Of a stretch of DNA of 38,820 bases, positions 13,169-24,039 are shown one piece after another. Location of the stretch: positions 24,456,035 to 24,494,854 of the forward strand of contig NC_057718.1 in NCBI RefSeq assembly GCF_004010195.1. Reading direction: 5' to 3'. The notes under the pieces are model-generated. The model did not search any database and had not been told where the DNA came from. It saw nothing but the letters and a program-made list of their open reading frames with translations. The translations under genes were made by a program, and so were the position numbers. Position 1 is the stretch's first letter. Each line of letters starts with the position of its first letter. The stretch comes from Chiloscyllium plagiosum. Taxonomy: Eukaryota.

Positions 13169-14254
13169 GATTTGCATTTGCAGAATTGTATTTGCAGATA
13201 CATTATATTTTGTTCAAAAAGCATGCAATTTGTAGGCAGTCAATCCATGTTTATAAATTTTCTGAATTCCTACTTTGGAAATAGAACCAGTCTGACTCAA
13301 GATAGGAATACGTACAGACTCTAACCTCATACCTTTAATGTGCTGTTTGAGCTGAGATGTCACCTTTTCTTTTATAAAACCTCAAGTTATCTCAGGAATG
13401 TGACTTGAAAGAAGTTCTGGGATTTCCATATAAATGAATTGAAACCTGCAACCCATTTTGAAAGATGAAAGACTTAACAGCAAACCAGGTTTGCTCAATA
13501 TATCATATCAGTTGCATAACACTATGATCTTTTGCTATAAATTCTGTCTCCTATGATCCTGCTCCACAAACTACCTGATGAAGGAATAGTTGTCCAAAAG
13601 CTTGTATTTCCAAATAAACCTGTTAGACTATACCCTGATGCAGTGTGATTTTTAACTTTGTCCAACAAGTAAGAAAGATTCCAAAAGACAAACCCACCAT
13701 CTATGGTTAACTAGAAATGTTAAAGATAGTGCCAAACTTAAAGAGAAAACACATAATTATGCAAACATAAATAACAATATAAAAACAGAAACAAGTGACC
13801 AAGGCATTAATGAGGAGAGGAAATAGGAACCTTTAACTGTGCCAATCCAAAGGCTGTCATTAGGCAGTATTTCCTAATGCAAAGACATCTGGTGTCACTC
13901 CATCTCATAAGTATCAACCTCACTGATCTGAAAAGTAACATCATCTTGTACAATGAAAGTGTATTCTCCATGTTCCCACTTGACTTCAAGTTGCAGGAAA
14001 AACTTCCATTTTCTAGATTATAGCCACCCCAAAAAGCATATGGCCTCTCACATGCTTCCACCCATTGTAAAGTACATTTCATCAGCAGGTAAACATAATA
14101 GGTATAAAAATAAAACACACAAAAATATAATTCACCTTCACATATTTCTCACACAGAATTCAATTTCTTGGCATCTTTCCTCCAAATTTTGAAACTATTT
14201 TAGCACAGTCACATTCTAGATAATGTATCTGCTAATTTTTCAATTCATACATCG

Positions 14255-14575
14255 AACAAGGGTGTCACTGGCTATGCCAGCACTTTTTGCCCATCCCTAA
14301 TCCCCCAGAGGACAGTTAGGGGTCAACGACATTGCTGTGGATCTGGAGTCTCATGAATGGCAGTTTCCTTCCCTAAAGGACATTAGTGATCCAGATTGGT
14401 GTTTCCCAATAATTGACAATAGATCAGCGGTCTCAGTAGGATCATGATTCCAGATTTGTATTGAATTCTATTTCCACCATCTGCTGTGGCAAGGTTTGAC
14501 CCCAGGTTTTGAGAACACGACCTGAGTCTCTGGATTAACAGTCCAGCAATAATGTCGCCAGGCAATTGTCTCCCC
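14255..14575 (-). mobile_element. tRNA-derived SINE (LINE-tail related)
   Basis: gcccatccctaat ... ggcagtttccttccctaaaggacattagtga ... tRNA-like head complement at the right end. Confidence 0.7.
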
Positions 14576-14579
14576 ACTA

Positions 14580-16420
14580 TTTCGCTATCTTTTCCAGCAT
14601 CATAAACAATTTTTATACTAAATGGTTCATTTAATAAGTTGCATTAAATTAAACTTGCATTTCAAGTTTTAAAATTTTCAACAAAATCTAAGGGATTACG
14701 ATCAGTTTATATCAGTGTTTCTTTGCAATCATGATAGCCTTCAAAATGTTTAGGAGCCAATAAAAATTTCAAAGTCTCCTTTTCCACTTCAAACTCTTAT
14801 TCTGATGTTGGCTCAACTTCTTAGAAAAGTGTCCCACTGGCTTTTCTGTCACCAATTTGTTGTCTTGCATTAAGATCGCACCTCCCCCAAATCATGAGCA
14901 TCAGTTGCCATCTTAAAGATTTAGTAATGTCAGAGCAGCTAATACTGGCTCATTTATTAGGATTGTCTTAAGCTTCTCAAAATCTGCCAAACAGTCTGTC
15001 TGCTGATCAGAATTATTTTGCCTGTTTTTGTAGAACAAAATCTGGTAAAAGTTTCAGCTATTTTTCTGAAGCCATGCACAAATTTCCAATAAAAATAAAC
15101 ACACATTTTCAGAAATCTCAAGATTCCCGATTTAGTTTTAAGAAAAGGGAATTCAATCTGATTCTTTACTTTTGCTGCTCTTCGCAAAATTTTCCATATG
15201 ATATATGCTAGGTAAGTTACCCTTATTTTTGTGAAATTACTTTGAGCAAAATTTATTGCTAAGCCAGCTAACTAAAATTGCTGAAACAAGCCTTCTTATT
15301 GTTTTGCCCACTCTTCCTAGCTATTATTGTGTATCACAACAGTGTTAAACAAACTTCACGGTTAGGCACTTTAGCTAAAATTTGATTCATAAGTCTTTAG
15401 TATAACTGGGGCAATTTTCAAATTGATTAGTATGACTTGACACTCAAAAAACCCATTGAGAGTATCTCTTTTACATTTGGTACTAATGGCATTTGCTAAT
15501 ACTCCTTCAATAGGTCAGACTTAGAAAGGATGAGGTACTGCCAACCCTAATGAAACAACCTTCTGACTGAAAAATTAAGAATTAATCTGATTTCATTACT
15601 GCATTTAATTTTCTCTAATTATGCAGGCTCCATTTGACCCAAATACTTTAAGAACTCATATCACTGGTGAGCTCCAACTGCTTTGGCTAGTTTCAATCAG
15701 GTGATGTTCTCACATGTATTGAATCTCTGCTTCCACGTAAGCTCAATTTTTGAGGCTTAATTGATAACTATGATGGATTTAAGGCAGATGTCAGAGGCAG
15801 GTTCTTTACTTAGAGAATGGTAAGGGGTTGAATGTCCTGCCTGCCAATGTAGTTAGCTCAGCCACATTAGGGGCATTTAAACAATCCTTGGATAAGCACA
15901 TGGATGAGAATGGGATAGTCTAGGGAGATGGGCTTAGATTAGTTCACAGGTTGGTGCAACATCAAGGGCCGAAAGGCCTATTCTGCCCTGTATTGTTCTA
16001 TGTGCTATGTTGTTTTATCTGCATTTTCCCCCAAGTCCACATCATGCCTGGCTATCATTCAGAAGTATCTCTGCAGATTTCCCTGATTTTTTTTTAAAGT
16101 AAACCCATTAGATCTTCCTGTCATCCTTCCTCTTGTACAACACATTGCCTAACTGCCCTAGTATTTCAGTTACACATTCCACTTGGCTGACCTCACCTTG
16201 TTATAACTTAAACTTGAATTTAGGTGTCTTATTTGCTTACTTCTCTAATTATTTAAGTGAAAAGATGCTCTCTTTATCCGAAGTTTAGTCTCCTTCTGTT
16301 ATTCTCTGACTTTTACTGGTGCTTCTCAGACCCCACTGATCTGTGGAAGTAGTTGGAAAACAAGATGTCAGAAAAAAAAGAGAAACCTCATTCCCATATT
16401 TAACAAACAATTAGACTCCA
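14580..16420 (-). mobile_element. Decayed Gypsy/Ty3 pol (RT-RNaseH), interrupted by a CR1 3' fragment
   Basis: Minus-strand motifs IETSQSSWSSPVI, SKSDLLKEY*QMPL, RVTYL, ILRFLKMC.YF.KFV, FEKLKTILINEPVLAA, ATDAHDLGGGAILMQ, KPVGHFSKKL, KHFE, TDRNPL. Many stops and frameshifts. Confidence 0.85.
15770..16010 (+). mobile_element. CR1 LINE 3' fragment
   Basis: DVRGRFFT*RMVRG..N.LP followed by tail tgtattgttctatgtgctatgt. Confidence 0.85.
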
Positions 16421-16454
16421 CTTTCTGCAGCCTTCCTTACTTGTGTGTGAATCT

Positions 16455-17525
16455 CACTGATACTTACCTTCTCTTGCAAAACTGCTCTCTGGTGTAGAAC
16501 TGTTCTATCGTATATAATTTCTTTCTGCAGTAAGACTGCTATCTCCTATACAGTTATCCTCTCCTGTAAACTGCACTTTTCCATATACTTATTTTCTCCT
16601 CTAAAACTGCTTTCCCCTATATAATTAATAAGGCCGGTAAAGTTGCTCTGTCCTGTAGTTACACTACACATACACATCAATCATGTAAGTTACCTTCTCC
16701 AATGTAGTTACTCTCTCATGTAAAACTGTTCTCTCCTAAAGTTACTCATTTATGTAAAATGGCTTTCTCATATAGTAATCCACTTCTGTAAACCTGCTGT
16801 CTCATATATTGTTTGTCTATGCAGTAAGCCTGCTCTCTACTGTACATTTACCACCTCCTGTATACTGCTTTCCTCTACTTTGTTACTCCTGTAAATTTTC
16901 TCTTTCCTGTATGGGCAGTCTATCCTGTTCTCTCATAAAAGTTATTCTTTCCTGTGAAATGACTCTCTCTTTCTAAGGCAACTCTCCACTGTAAAACTGT
17001 AATTTCCTATTTGGTTACTAATGGTTGCAAAAATGTTCTGTCTTGTGTAGTTGCTCTGTGTCTGGTTAAATTGCTCTCTCCTGTATAGTTATTCTCTCAC
17101 GTAAAACTGCTCACTGCTATATAGTTAATCTTCTCTGTAAAGTTTCTCTCTCATATACAGTTATGCTATCATGGAGACTCCAACATAGTTACCACCTCCT
17201 GTAAATCTGCCCTCTCTTCTGTTGTTAATTGCTCTTGTAAAACTTTTTTGACCTATATAGTTACTCATTCCAATGAAACAATTCTCTTCTGCATAGCTAT
17301 TCACATCCGTAATCCTGTCATGTTCTGATCTCAGCTGGAAAGCTGCTCTTTCCTACATTGCTACTCTCCATAAACCTTCCCTCTCTTCAATTGGTAATCT
17401 CACTTTCTCTCCAAATATTTACCCTTTCCTTTAAAATTTCTCTGTCCTGTGTAGTTATTACCTTCTGTAAAACTCTTCTGTCCTATATAATTGCACTATC
17501 CTTTAAAACTGCTCTCTTCTATTAA
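16455..17525 (+). repeat. Degenerate 36-bp (2x18) tandem array, longest block
   Basis: Alternating TGTAAAACTGCTCTCTCC and TATATAGTTACTCTCTCC; gtaaa spacing of 36 nt (17101 to 17137, 17201 to 17237). Confidence 0.85.
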
Positions 17526-17950
17526 ATAGACAATAGACAATAGGTGCAGGAGTAGGCCATTCTGCCCTTCAAGCCAGCACCACCATTCATTATGATCATG
17601 GCTGATCATCCTCAATCAGTATCCTGTTCCTGCCTTATCCACATAACCCTTGATTCCACTATCCTTAAGAACTCTATCCAACTCTTTCTTGAAAGTATCC
17701 AGAGACTTGGCCTCCACAGCCTTCTGGGGCAGAGCATTCCATACACTCACCACTCTCAGGGTGAAGAAGTTTCTTCTCAACTCTGTTCTAAATGGCCTAC
17801 TGCTTATTTTTAAGCTGTGTCCTCTGGTTCAGGACTCACCCATCAGCGGAAACATGCTTCCTGCCTCCAGAGTGTCCAATCCTTTAATAATCTTATACGT
17901 CTCAATCAGATCCCCTCTCAGCCTTCTAAACTCAAGGGTATACAAGCCCA
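17526..17950 (-). mobile_element. CR1 LINE 3' fragment, 425 bp, same subfamily and end points as 2095-2519
   Basis: Colinear from atagacaatagacaatagg to tatacaagccca. Confidence 0.95.
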
Positions 17951-18538
17951 ATTCACCTAACCTGCACATTTTTGGGCTGTGGGAGGAAACCGGAGCACCC
18001 GGAGGAATCCCACGCAGACACAGGGAGATTGTGCAAACTCCACACAGACAGTTGCCTGAGGCATCAGCTTTTTGTGAGGAATCTGAAGACTATGAACTAA
18101 ATGGATCATGTATCCAGTTAAAACCTTTCACATTTGTTGAGGGGAAATAGAATTCAACCTTCCCTTGCGGTGCTTTGGGATGTTTGAAAATGAAGCTGTG
18201 CACCTTGACAGCTGCATCTGCTGCTGACGATGCGAATGGAAACATCTCAAGTCAACCCCTGCCATTGTCTCTTGCCAATGGCCGATTTTTGACCTGGAAC
18301 CCTGAAGTTTATCTGTGATGAAAAATGTGTTGCTGGAAAAGTGCAGCAGGTCAGGCAGCATCCAAGGAGCAGGAGAATTGATGTTTCGGGCATAAGCCCT
18401 TCTTCATGAATCTGCGATGTTTATCTGCGATGGTCAGGATTGTCTCATTCTTCCCCTGCTCATTCAGATGGCTGAAAATGTCTACAAGATATACCAGCTT
18501 GGCCCAACAGTAATCATCAGATAGTAACTCCTCATAAG
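17951..18538 (-). repeat. Inverted duplicate of 20748-21212 (hAT fragment plus truncated HE1 SINE)
   Basis: Near-identical reverse complement, including the hAT/SINE junction (aaaagctgatgcctcaggcaactgtctgtg). A Penelope-derived insert at about 18321-18411 is present only in this copy. Confidence 0.93.
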
Positions 18539-19128
18539 AAATAATTCCAAAATTCCAAAAATATCCACTTTAAAATCCATGCTAACGTGGAAACATTCTC
18601 AGGCAGTAAGGGCAGAACAACAGCCATTTCAATTATCTGCACCTCCTTACTGCTTATGTACAGCTTCTTCTTTTGCAGAAAAGGCTGTCAGTGCACGTGC
18701 TCATACCGCGTGTTTGGTCCTGTATATGTACCAATAGGATGTATTACTGAACGTAACTCCCTTGTCCTGTGCATGCGTCGCAATCAATGTCCATGTGCGG
18801 TATCATAAATCTTTGCATGAACTGCTCTGGAGGCTTGCTCAAGCACAGTCAATTCGCATGCCGTGTGTCAGCAGATATTTCCCTCAGTGATAGCCACTGC
18901 GGCTCCCAGGGGACATTGGAAGCACGGAAGCAGCCTCAATGTTCAGGTAAAGTGACGTTGCTTCCCCCAAAGAATTCACAAAACCATTGTTGCAGCACAC
19001 CAGATGAAATTAGCATAGGTGACAAGGTGCCCTGAGTGAGTGGGTAGGAAATGCAGAGTGCAGGAAGGAGACGCAGTGTGGGAGGACGAGGTGAGTCAGC
19101 ACCAATGTGTCGACATACTGCATTTAAT

Positions 19129-19342
19129 AGGAGAAAGTGAGGACTGCAGATGTTGGAGATCAGAGTCAAAAAGTGTGGTGCTAGAAAAGCACAGCAGGTC
19201 AGGCAGCATCCGAGGAGCAGGAGAGCAGGAGAACTGCATCAGCACACATTCCTGATGAAGAGCTTATGCTCGAAACGTCAACTCTCCTGGTCCTCCAATG
19301 CTGCCTGACAGGCTGTGCTTTTCCAGTGCCACACTTTTTGAT
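19129..19342. mobile_element. Short palindromic Penelope-derived element (second family)
   Basis: aaagtgaggactgcagatgttggagatcagagtcaaaagtgtggtgctagaaaagcacagcaggtcaggcagcat, followed by its reverse complement. Related pieces at about 18321-18411, 28712-28805, 30066-30232 and 36211-36338. Confidence 0.8.
19252..19280 (+). ncRNA. Minimal hammerhead ribozyme-like motif (Penelope type)
   Basis: CUGAUGA-A-GAGC-UUAU-GCUC-GAAA-CGUC: conserved core boxes, 4-bp stem II, palindromic ACGU stem III and a GUC cleavage triplet. Confidence 0.65.
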
Positions 19343-19349
19343 GCTGCAT

Positions 19350-19690
19350 GTAATGGTGCAAGTGGTAGACCAATTGCCATGGGGAGAGGTGTGTCCAACG
19401 GCAGAGTTAAAGTGACTGTGAGGCAACTGAGAGAAGATGGTGACGGTTATAATTGCAGAGCACAGGAGACCATTAAATTGCTTGGGAGACTGCTGTACAT
19501 TCCTCAAGGCCCATGAACTGGCACTAATCCCAGCACCATCTGAGTCCCACAAGCTGGGCCCTGTGTTATGGCTTTTTCACAGTCCATAAGAAAGAGGACA
19601 CACGCTATCTTCACCGCCTGGTCCACAGCACCCAGCAGTCTCTTTATGCAAAATGGGCCATCATCTTCAAATTCTGTCATATCTCACAGA
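19350..19690 (-). mobile_element. PIF/Harbinger Myb/SANT-like ORF remnant
   Basis: GAGISASSWALRNVQQSPKQFNGLLCSA resembles the Harbinger Myb/SANT motif W..IA..VSA.S...RT..QCRKKFNDL.RSAR. Upstream part is frameshifted. Confidence 0.5.
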
Positions 19691-20122
19691 CAAAAGTGGT
19701 GGAGCAGCAGAATATGAAGAGCAGCTCCTGGCCGACTGCATTTGCTGTAAGGGGTTTTAATGTGATGGCAGTGATGTGAACACACCAAAGTCTCAGCACC
19801 AGTGAGCATTGCCACCTTTGCTACCATGTGATCAGACAGGTAGGGCACCTTAGAAGTCAAACATGTGAGTAGAGTGGCAGGAAAGAGCCACCATTGGCAG
19901 GAAAATAACACAGTCAGAAAAAGGGGAAATGAAACCATATGCAGGAGAGAGAAATTTCAGAAGAAAAAATGCCTTGGAGGAGAGAGACAGTCAATGTTGT
20001 TGGGATCTCCATTCAAGAGAATTATTTTCTTTTATAAGGAGTTCCTGAGGCATGTAACTGGTGAAGAGAAAACATTTCAAGTAACAGATTTGAGGGAAAA
20101 CAAACTTGCCTGGGCCACATGT

Positions 20123-20386
20123 GAGATGAGATTAAATTAGATTCCCTACAGCGTGTAAACAGGCCCTTCGGCCCAACAAGTCATCACCGACTCTCCAAAC
20201 AGAAACCCACCCAGACCCATTTCCCTCAGTCTAATGCAGCTAACACTGTGGGCAATTTAGCATGGCCAATTCACCTGACCTGCACATCTTTGGACTGTGG
20301 GAAGAAACCAGAGCACCCGGAGGAAATCGTGCAGACACGGAGAGAATGTGCAAACTCTACACAGACAGTCATTCGAAGCTGGAATT
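20123..20386 (-). mobile_element. HE1/V-SINE, 5'-truncated, inserted in the hAT remnant
   Basis: V-domain and tail as in 9136-9465. Confidence 0.9.
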
Positions 20387-21110
20387 GTCAGAGCATTTGA
20401 GTTGACAGAGAAGCCTCCATGAAGGATTTGTCACTAAGGTGAAAAAACAATATCCTGATATTCAGGCCAACCACCCATTGCATCCTCCACCATGGAACAC
20501 GTGTAGCTAAAACAATGCCACCAGAGTTAGCTGCAGTATAAGGACAGCCATGAAAATTGTGAATTCAACAAAATCATAGCTATTGAAATCATATTTGTTT
20601 GATATTTTGTGTTCAGAGATGGTGTCATCAGATTTTATTGTTACACACTGATGACCAATGATTATCATGAGCATGGTGCCCCCCCCCCCGACCGTGTTCA
20701 TGAGCTCTACAGAGAACTGACAGAGTTTTCAACAATGCATGAAGTGCCTTATGAGGAGTTACTATCTGATGATTACTGTTGGGCCAAGCTGGTATACCTT
20801 GTAGACATTTTCAGCCATCTGAATGAGCAGGGGACGAATGAGACAATCCTGACCATCGCAGATAAACTTCAAGGTTCCGGTCAAAAATCGGCCATTGGCA
20901 AGAGACAATGGCAGGGGTTGACTTGAGATGTTTCCATTTGTATCGTCAGCAGCAGATGCAGCTGTCAAGATGCACAGCTTCATTTTCAAACATCCCAAAG
21001 CACCGCAAGGGAAGGTTGAATTCTATTTCCCCTCAACAAATGTGAAAGGTTGTGACGGGATACATGATCCATTTAGTTCACAGTCTTCAGATTCCTCACA
21101 AAAAGCTGAT

Positions 21111-21365
21111 GCCTCAGGCAACTGTCTGTGTGGAGTTTGCACATTCTCCCCGTGTCTGCGTGGGTTTCCTTTGGGTGCTCTGATTTCCTCCCACAGTCCA
21201 AAAATGTGCAGGAATTGGCCATGCTAAATTGCCTGTAATGTTAGGTGAACAGGTAAATGTAGAGGAATGGGTTTGGGTGGGTTGGTCTTCGGAGGGTTGG
21301 TGTGGACTTGTTGGGCCAAAGGGCCTGTTTCCACACTGTAAGTAATCTAAGTTAATCTAATCTAA
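21111..21365 (+). mobile_element. HE1/V-SINE, 5'-truncated, inserted in the hAT remnant
   Basis: tgtgtggagtttgcacattctccccgtgtctgcgtggg ... gggcctgtttccacactgtaagtaatctaa. Confidence 0.92.
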
Positions 21366-22142
21366 AGAGGAACACTGCAAAATTGCACATGGATCAGACA
21401 ATGAAGCCAAAGTGTGGAGAGGTTATTTTGTGCATGTTTTGGCTGATTGTGGTACAGCAATTACTGACGATCTCCGGCCATGCTTTTGCTGTACTCCTGC
21501 ACTTGCGACAACATATCTTGGCAAGGTAGCATTTGTCGCATGAAAAAGAACAGGGAGGGAGAGCTAGTTACTGGAGCAAGATTTGTGGATGGCCCTCTCA
21601 TCAATTACTCCCCAGAAAAAAAAGCTCTGGGCACACTGGCAGGCCCAGATTTCCCACTAACCCGGTAAATTTCAACTTACGTTGCATTTTGATATGAATC
21701 ATTGTTCATGAATAGTTAGAAATAATTGTGTTGAGCAGATTTTTAATTATCTGCCTGTGCTTACATTTGAAGATGGTGTATTTTGCTGGTTGATTGGAAA
21801 CATTAACGCTTTTAATCTTTCTTTAGCTTGTCATATGCATTATGTTGAAAACCTATCTCATAAGGCCATAGCCATAGTAAACACAAGTAAATGTGATGCT
21901 TATGAGCATTCAATTCAGCTGAAAGATGTGAGTGCGGTGTAGAATTATTGTCTCATTGAAATATGTACTAATACTGAAAAGGTTGGGAGCCAATGTCCTA
22001 TGCTACCCCTGCACCTTAATGTGGAGAGTGCTGAGGTCACAGATAATTTGATAGGGCCAGTCTTCTTACACGTTCCACTCATGCAGCTAGCTTGAGTGCG
22101 TGCCACGTGACTCTTCATGAGTGCACAATTTCCCTGGAGCAT

Positions 22143-22525
22143 CAGAGGCTGAGGGGTGACTTTACAGAGGTTGAGAAAATCAGAGAGGCATGGATAGGGT
22201 AAATAGACAAGATTTTTTCCCTGGGGTGAGAGAGTCCAGAACTAGAGGGAATAGGTTTAAGTTCAGAGGGGAAACATTTAAAAGGGACCTTAGGGGCAAC
22301 GTTTTCACACAGAAGGTCGTGCATGTACAGAAAGAGCTACCAGAGGAAGTGGTGGAGGCTAGTACAGTAGTAACATTTAAAAGCCATCTGGATAGGTATA
22401 TGAATAGGAAGGTTTTAGACGTATATGGGCCAAATGCGACTAGATCCCTTTTTAGGGTGTCTGGCATTGACAAGTTGGACTGAAGAGTCTATTTCTGTGC
22501 TGTATATCTCTATGACTGTATGACT
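22143..22525 (+). mobile_element. CR1/HER1 LINE 3' fragment
   Basis: MDRVNRQDFFPGVRESRTRGNRFKFRGETFKRDLRGNVFTQKVV. Confidence 0.92.
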
Positions 22526-22628
22526 ATTTCACTGGAGGTAAAGTTTCATTCCATCACTATGTTTTAAAATGAACACACACTCATTCAAAAATGGGTGATG
22601 TCCAATGGTATATTTACATCTAAATTCT

Positions 22629-23272
22629 GCCTATGCAAGCCAGGTGACCTCCTTTTACCCTCTTCACAGGCATGCAAAGTCAAATCAAAGAGGCCCCGAA
22701 CAAAGAAAACACATCCCCTTTATACAGGTCAGTTGGTAATGCTCACAGATACTCTTGCCACTCCTCCCCCTATCCACATGTTATCCCACGTACAATGGTA
22801 GGATGAGATCATCCTCAGAGATAGGGCATTAGCATTTGCACTAATCCTGGGGAATCGCTATGCAGACGATTTCCTGACTTGGTGATTCCCAAGATAATGT
22901 CAGTGCGATACATCCTAGCTTCAATGGGGCCCTGCAAGTGAGTTCTAGCTCCGCTACTTCCCAGACAAAGTAGGTGTGATATACTTCAATATTGGGGAGT
23001 TGCGGGGAGGGGGGGTAGTGATCATGCAAGCAAACCTGATTGGCCGAGGGATGGCTATGAAAGTATTTCTGAATGGAAGAGGCTGAATGAGGCTGATTTG
23101 ATCATAGTAGGGGAGTAGTAGCAAATGATTGTCTAAGTGGATTGGGAGTCATCCACATTCCTGCATGAATGTGTTCCCACCCACTTCCAGAATGTTCAGT
23201 CAGTGCAGTTTAACCCTTTATAATTACATTAAAGTCCAGAGAGATATTCCAATTTAATCTTTTAACATCACA
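22629..23272 (-). mobile_element. 3' LTR (U5 end missing or unrecognisable)
   Basis: Minus strand starts TGTGATGTTAAAAG. Colinear with about 26496-27110; similarity stops just before the polyA signal. Confidence 0.85.
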
Positions 23273-23285
23273 TTCCACCTTCTAT
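23273..23285 (-). promoter_or_regulatory. Polypurine tract
   Basis: ATAGAAGGTGGAA immediately precedes the TG start of the 3' LTR. Confidence 0.7.
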
Positions 23286-23626
23286 CAATCCATGATAACC
23301 ACCTAGATGACACTTCCAGCTTTCATAAGATTCTGACAGCCAATATTTAAGCAAGCTATTGACACAAAACATGCAATTATTATAACAACAAAAATTACTA
23401 GTCAATGCAGTAGATAGGATCCTCCCTTGTGGAAAAAAGAATTCACCAGCAAAGTTTTTAAATCCACAATCCTTAGTGACCACTCCACTCCCTCCAAGTT
23501 GAGTGGAAACGAGTCAGTTATCCAAAATCTGCTTCAGTAAACTCCAACCTGAAAACAAAATTCAGTCTGTCCTTATATACCACTCAGTGGAAAAATCTGA
23601 ATTCTTGGATAAGAACGGTTAAATAG

Positions 23627-23935
23627 TTAACAAAACTGATGAGACTTCCATCCTTCCAGAGATGCTTCAGATGGAGGATACCAGCGCATCTGAGTGGCAG
23701 CTGCAGGGTAGGTGAACGCAACATTCTTTGCTGCTTCTGCTCCTGTTCTGCTGATAAATGTAACAAAGCCAACTGACTGTTTTGATGTCAGCTTGATCAG
23801 TGAACCTTTATGTCCCTTAAATGATTGAAAGACAATGTAAAGCTCATGTGCGTTAATGTCCATACAAAGGCCACTGACAAAAAGCCTACCGAACTCCTCT
23901 TCACCGTTGTTAGCTTCTTCACTTTATGTGCTCAT
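23627..23935 (-). pseudogene. RBPMS2: Processed pseudogene (retrocopy) of RBPMS2/RBPMS-family RRM protein, with premature stop and internal deletion
   Basis: Minus-strand translation from the ATG at 23935: [101 protein letters not shown]. This matches the RBPMS2 RRM ([58 protein letters not shown]) and its C-terminus ([14 protein letters not shown]...GWKSRQFC). No introns, TAA at codon 4, middle of the protein absent. RBPMS2 is favoured over RBPMS by [17 protein letters not shown] and RWYP. Confidence 0.92.
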
Positions 23936-24039
23936 GACTATGTTGGATCAGGTTGTGGTGGGTGGGTGGTGGTCCAAAGGTGTGCTTTACCTGTGAATAG
24001 AGAAATTCTAGAGACAATGTTTGCAGCTGAAAATATCTC

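Larger units (their letters stand above)
11703..13665. mobile_element. Large palindromic non-autonomous Penelope-type element with a nested same-family copy
   Basis: Left arm (about 11735-12142 plus 12745-12812) is the reverse complement of the right arm (about 13168-13665), with a GT/GA microsatellite centre. A third copy (12143-12734) is flanked by tgcctacaga direct repeats. Flanks show aagtaa duplication within a CR1 ORF2 remnant. Confidence 0.8.
19990..21995 (+). mobile_element. Decayed hAT (Buster/Charlie, ZBED5-like) DNA transposon, 3' half, with two SINE insertions
   Basis: Frameshifted motifs in order: HVTGEE..F, GFVTKVKKQYPDI, HCILH..AKTMPPEL, LCSEM, WAKLVYLVDIFSHLNE.QG, MFP, FWL, TTYL, and terminal AQISH* (ends 21660). 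Charlie-like terminus aaaaggttgggagccaatg ends about 21995. Confidence 0.85.

Noticed and set aside
12631..13224. His/Thr-rich ORFs up to 197 aa
   Set aside because: Translation of (CA)n/(CT)n microsatellite.
16455..17525. CRISPR-like array (36-bp periodicity)
   Set aside because: Contiguous degenerate tandem units without unique spacers, vertebrate context, no cas genes.
17650..18150. 166-aa ORF
   Set aside because: Antisense read-through of CR1, SINE and hAT fragments.
19990..21660. Domesticated ZBED5/ZBED8-like gene
   Set aside because: Multiple frameshifts, stops and two SINE insertions.
23627..23863. Functional RBPMS2 gene
   Set aside because: Intronless, stop at codon 4, many substitutions at conserved RRM positions and a truncated RRM; treated as a pseudogene.
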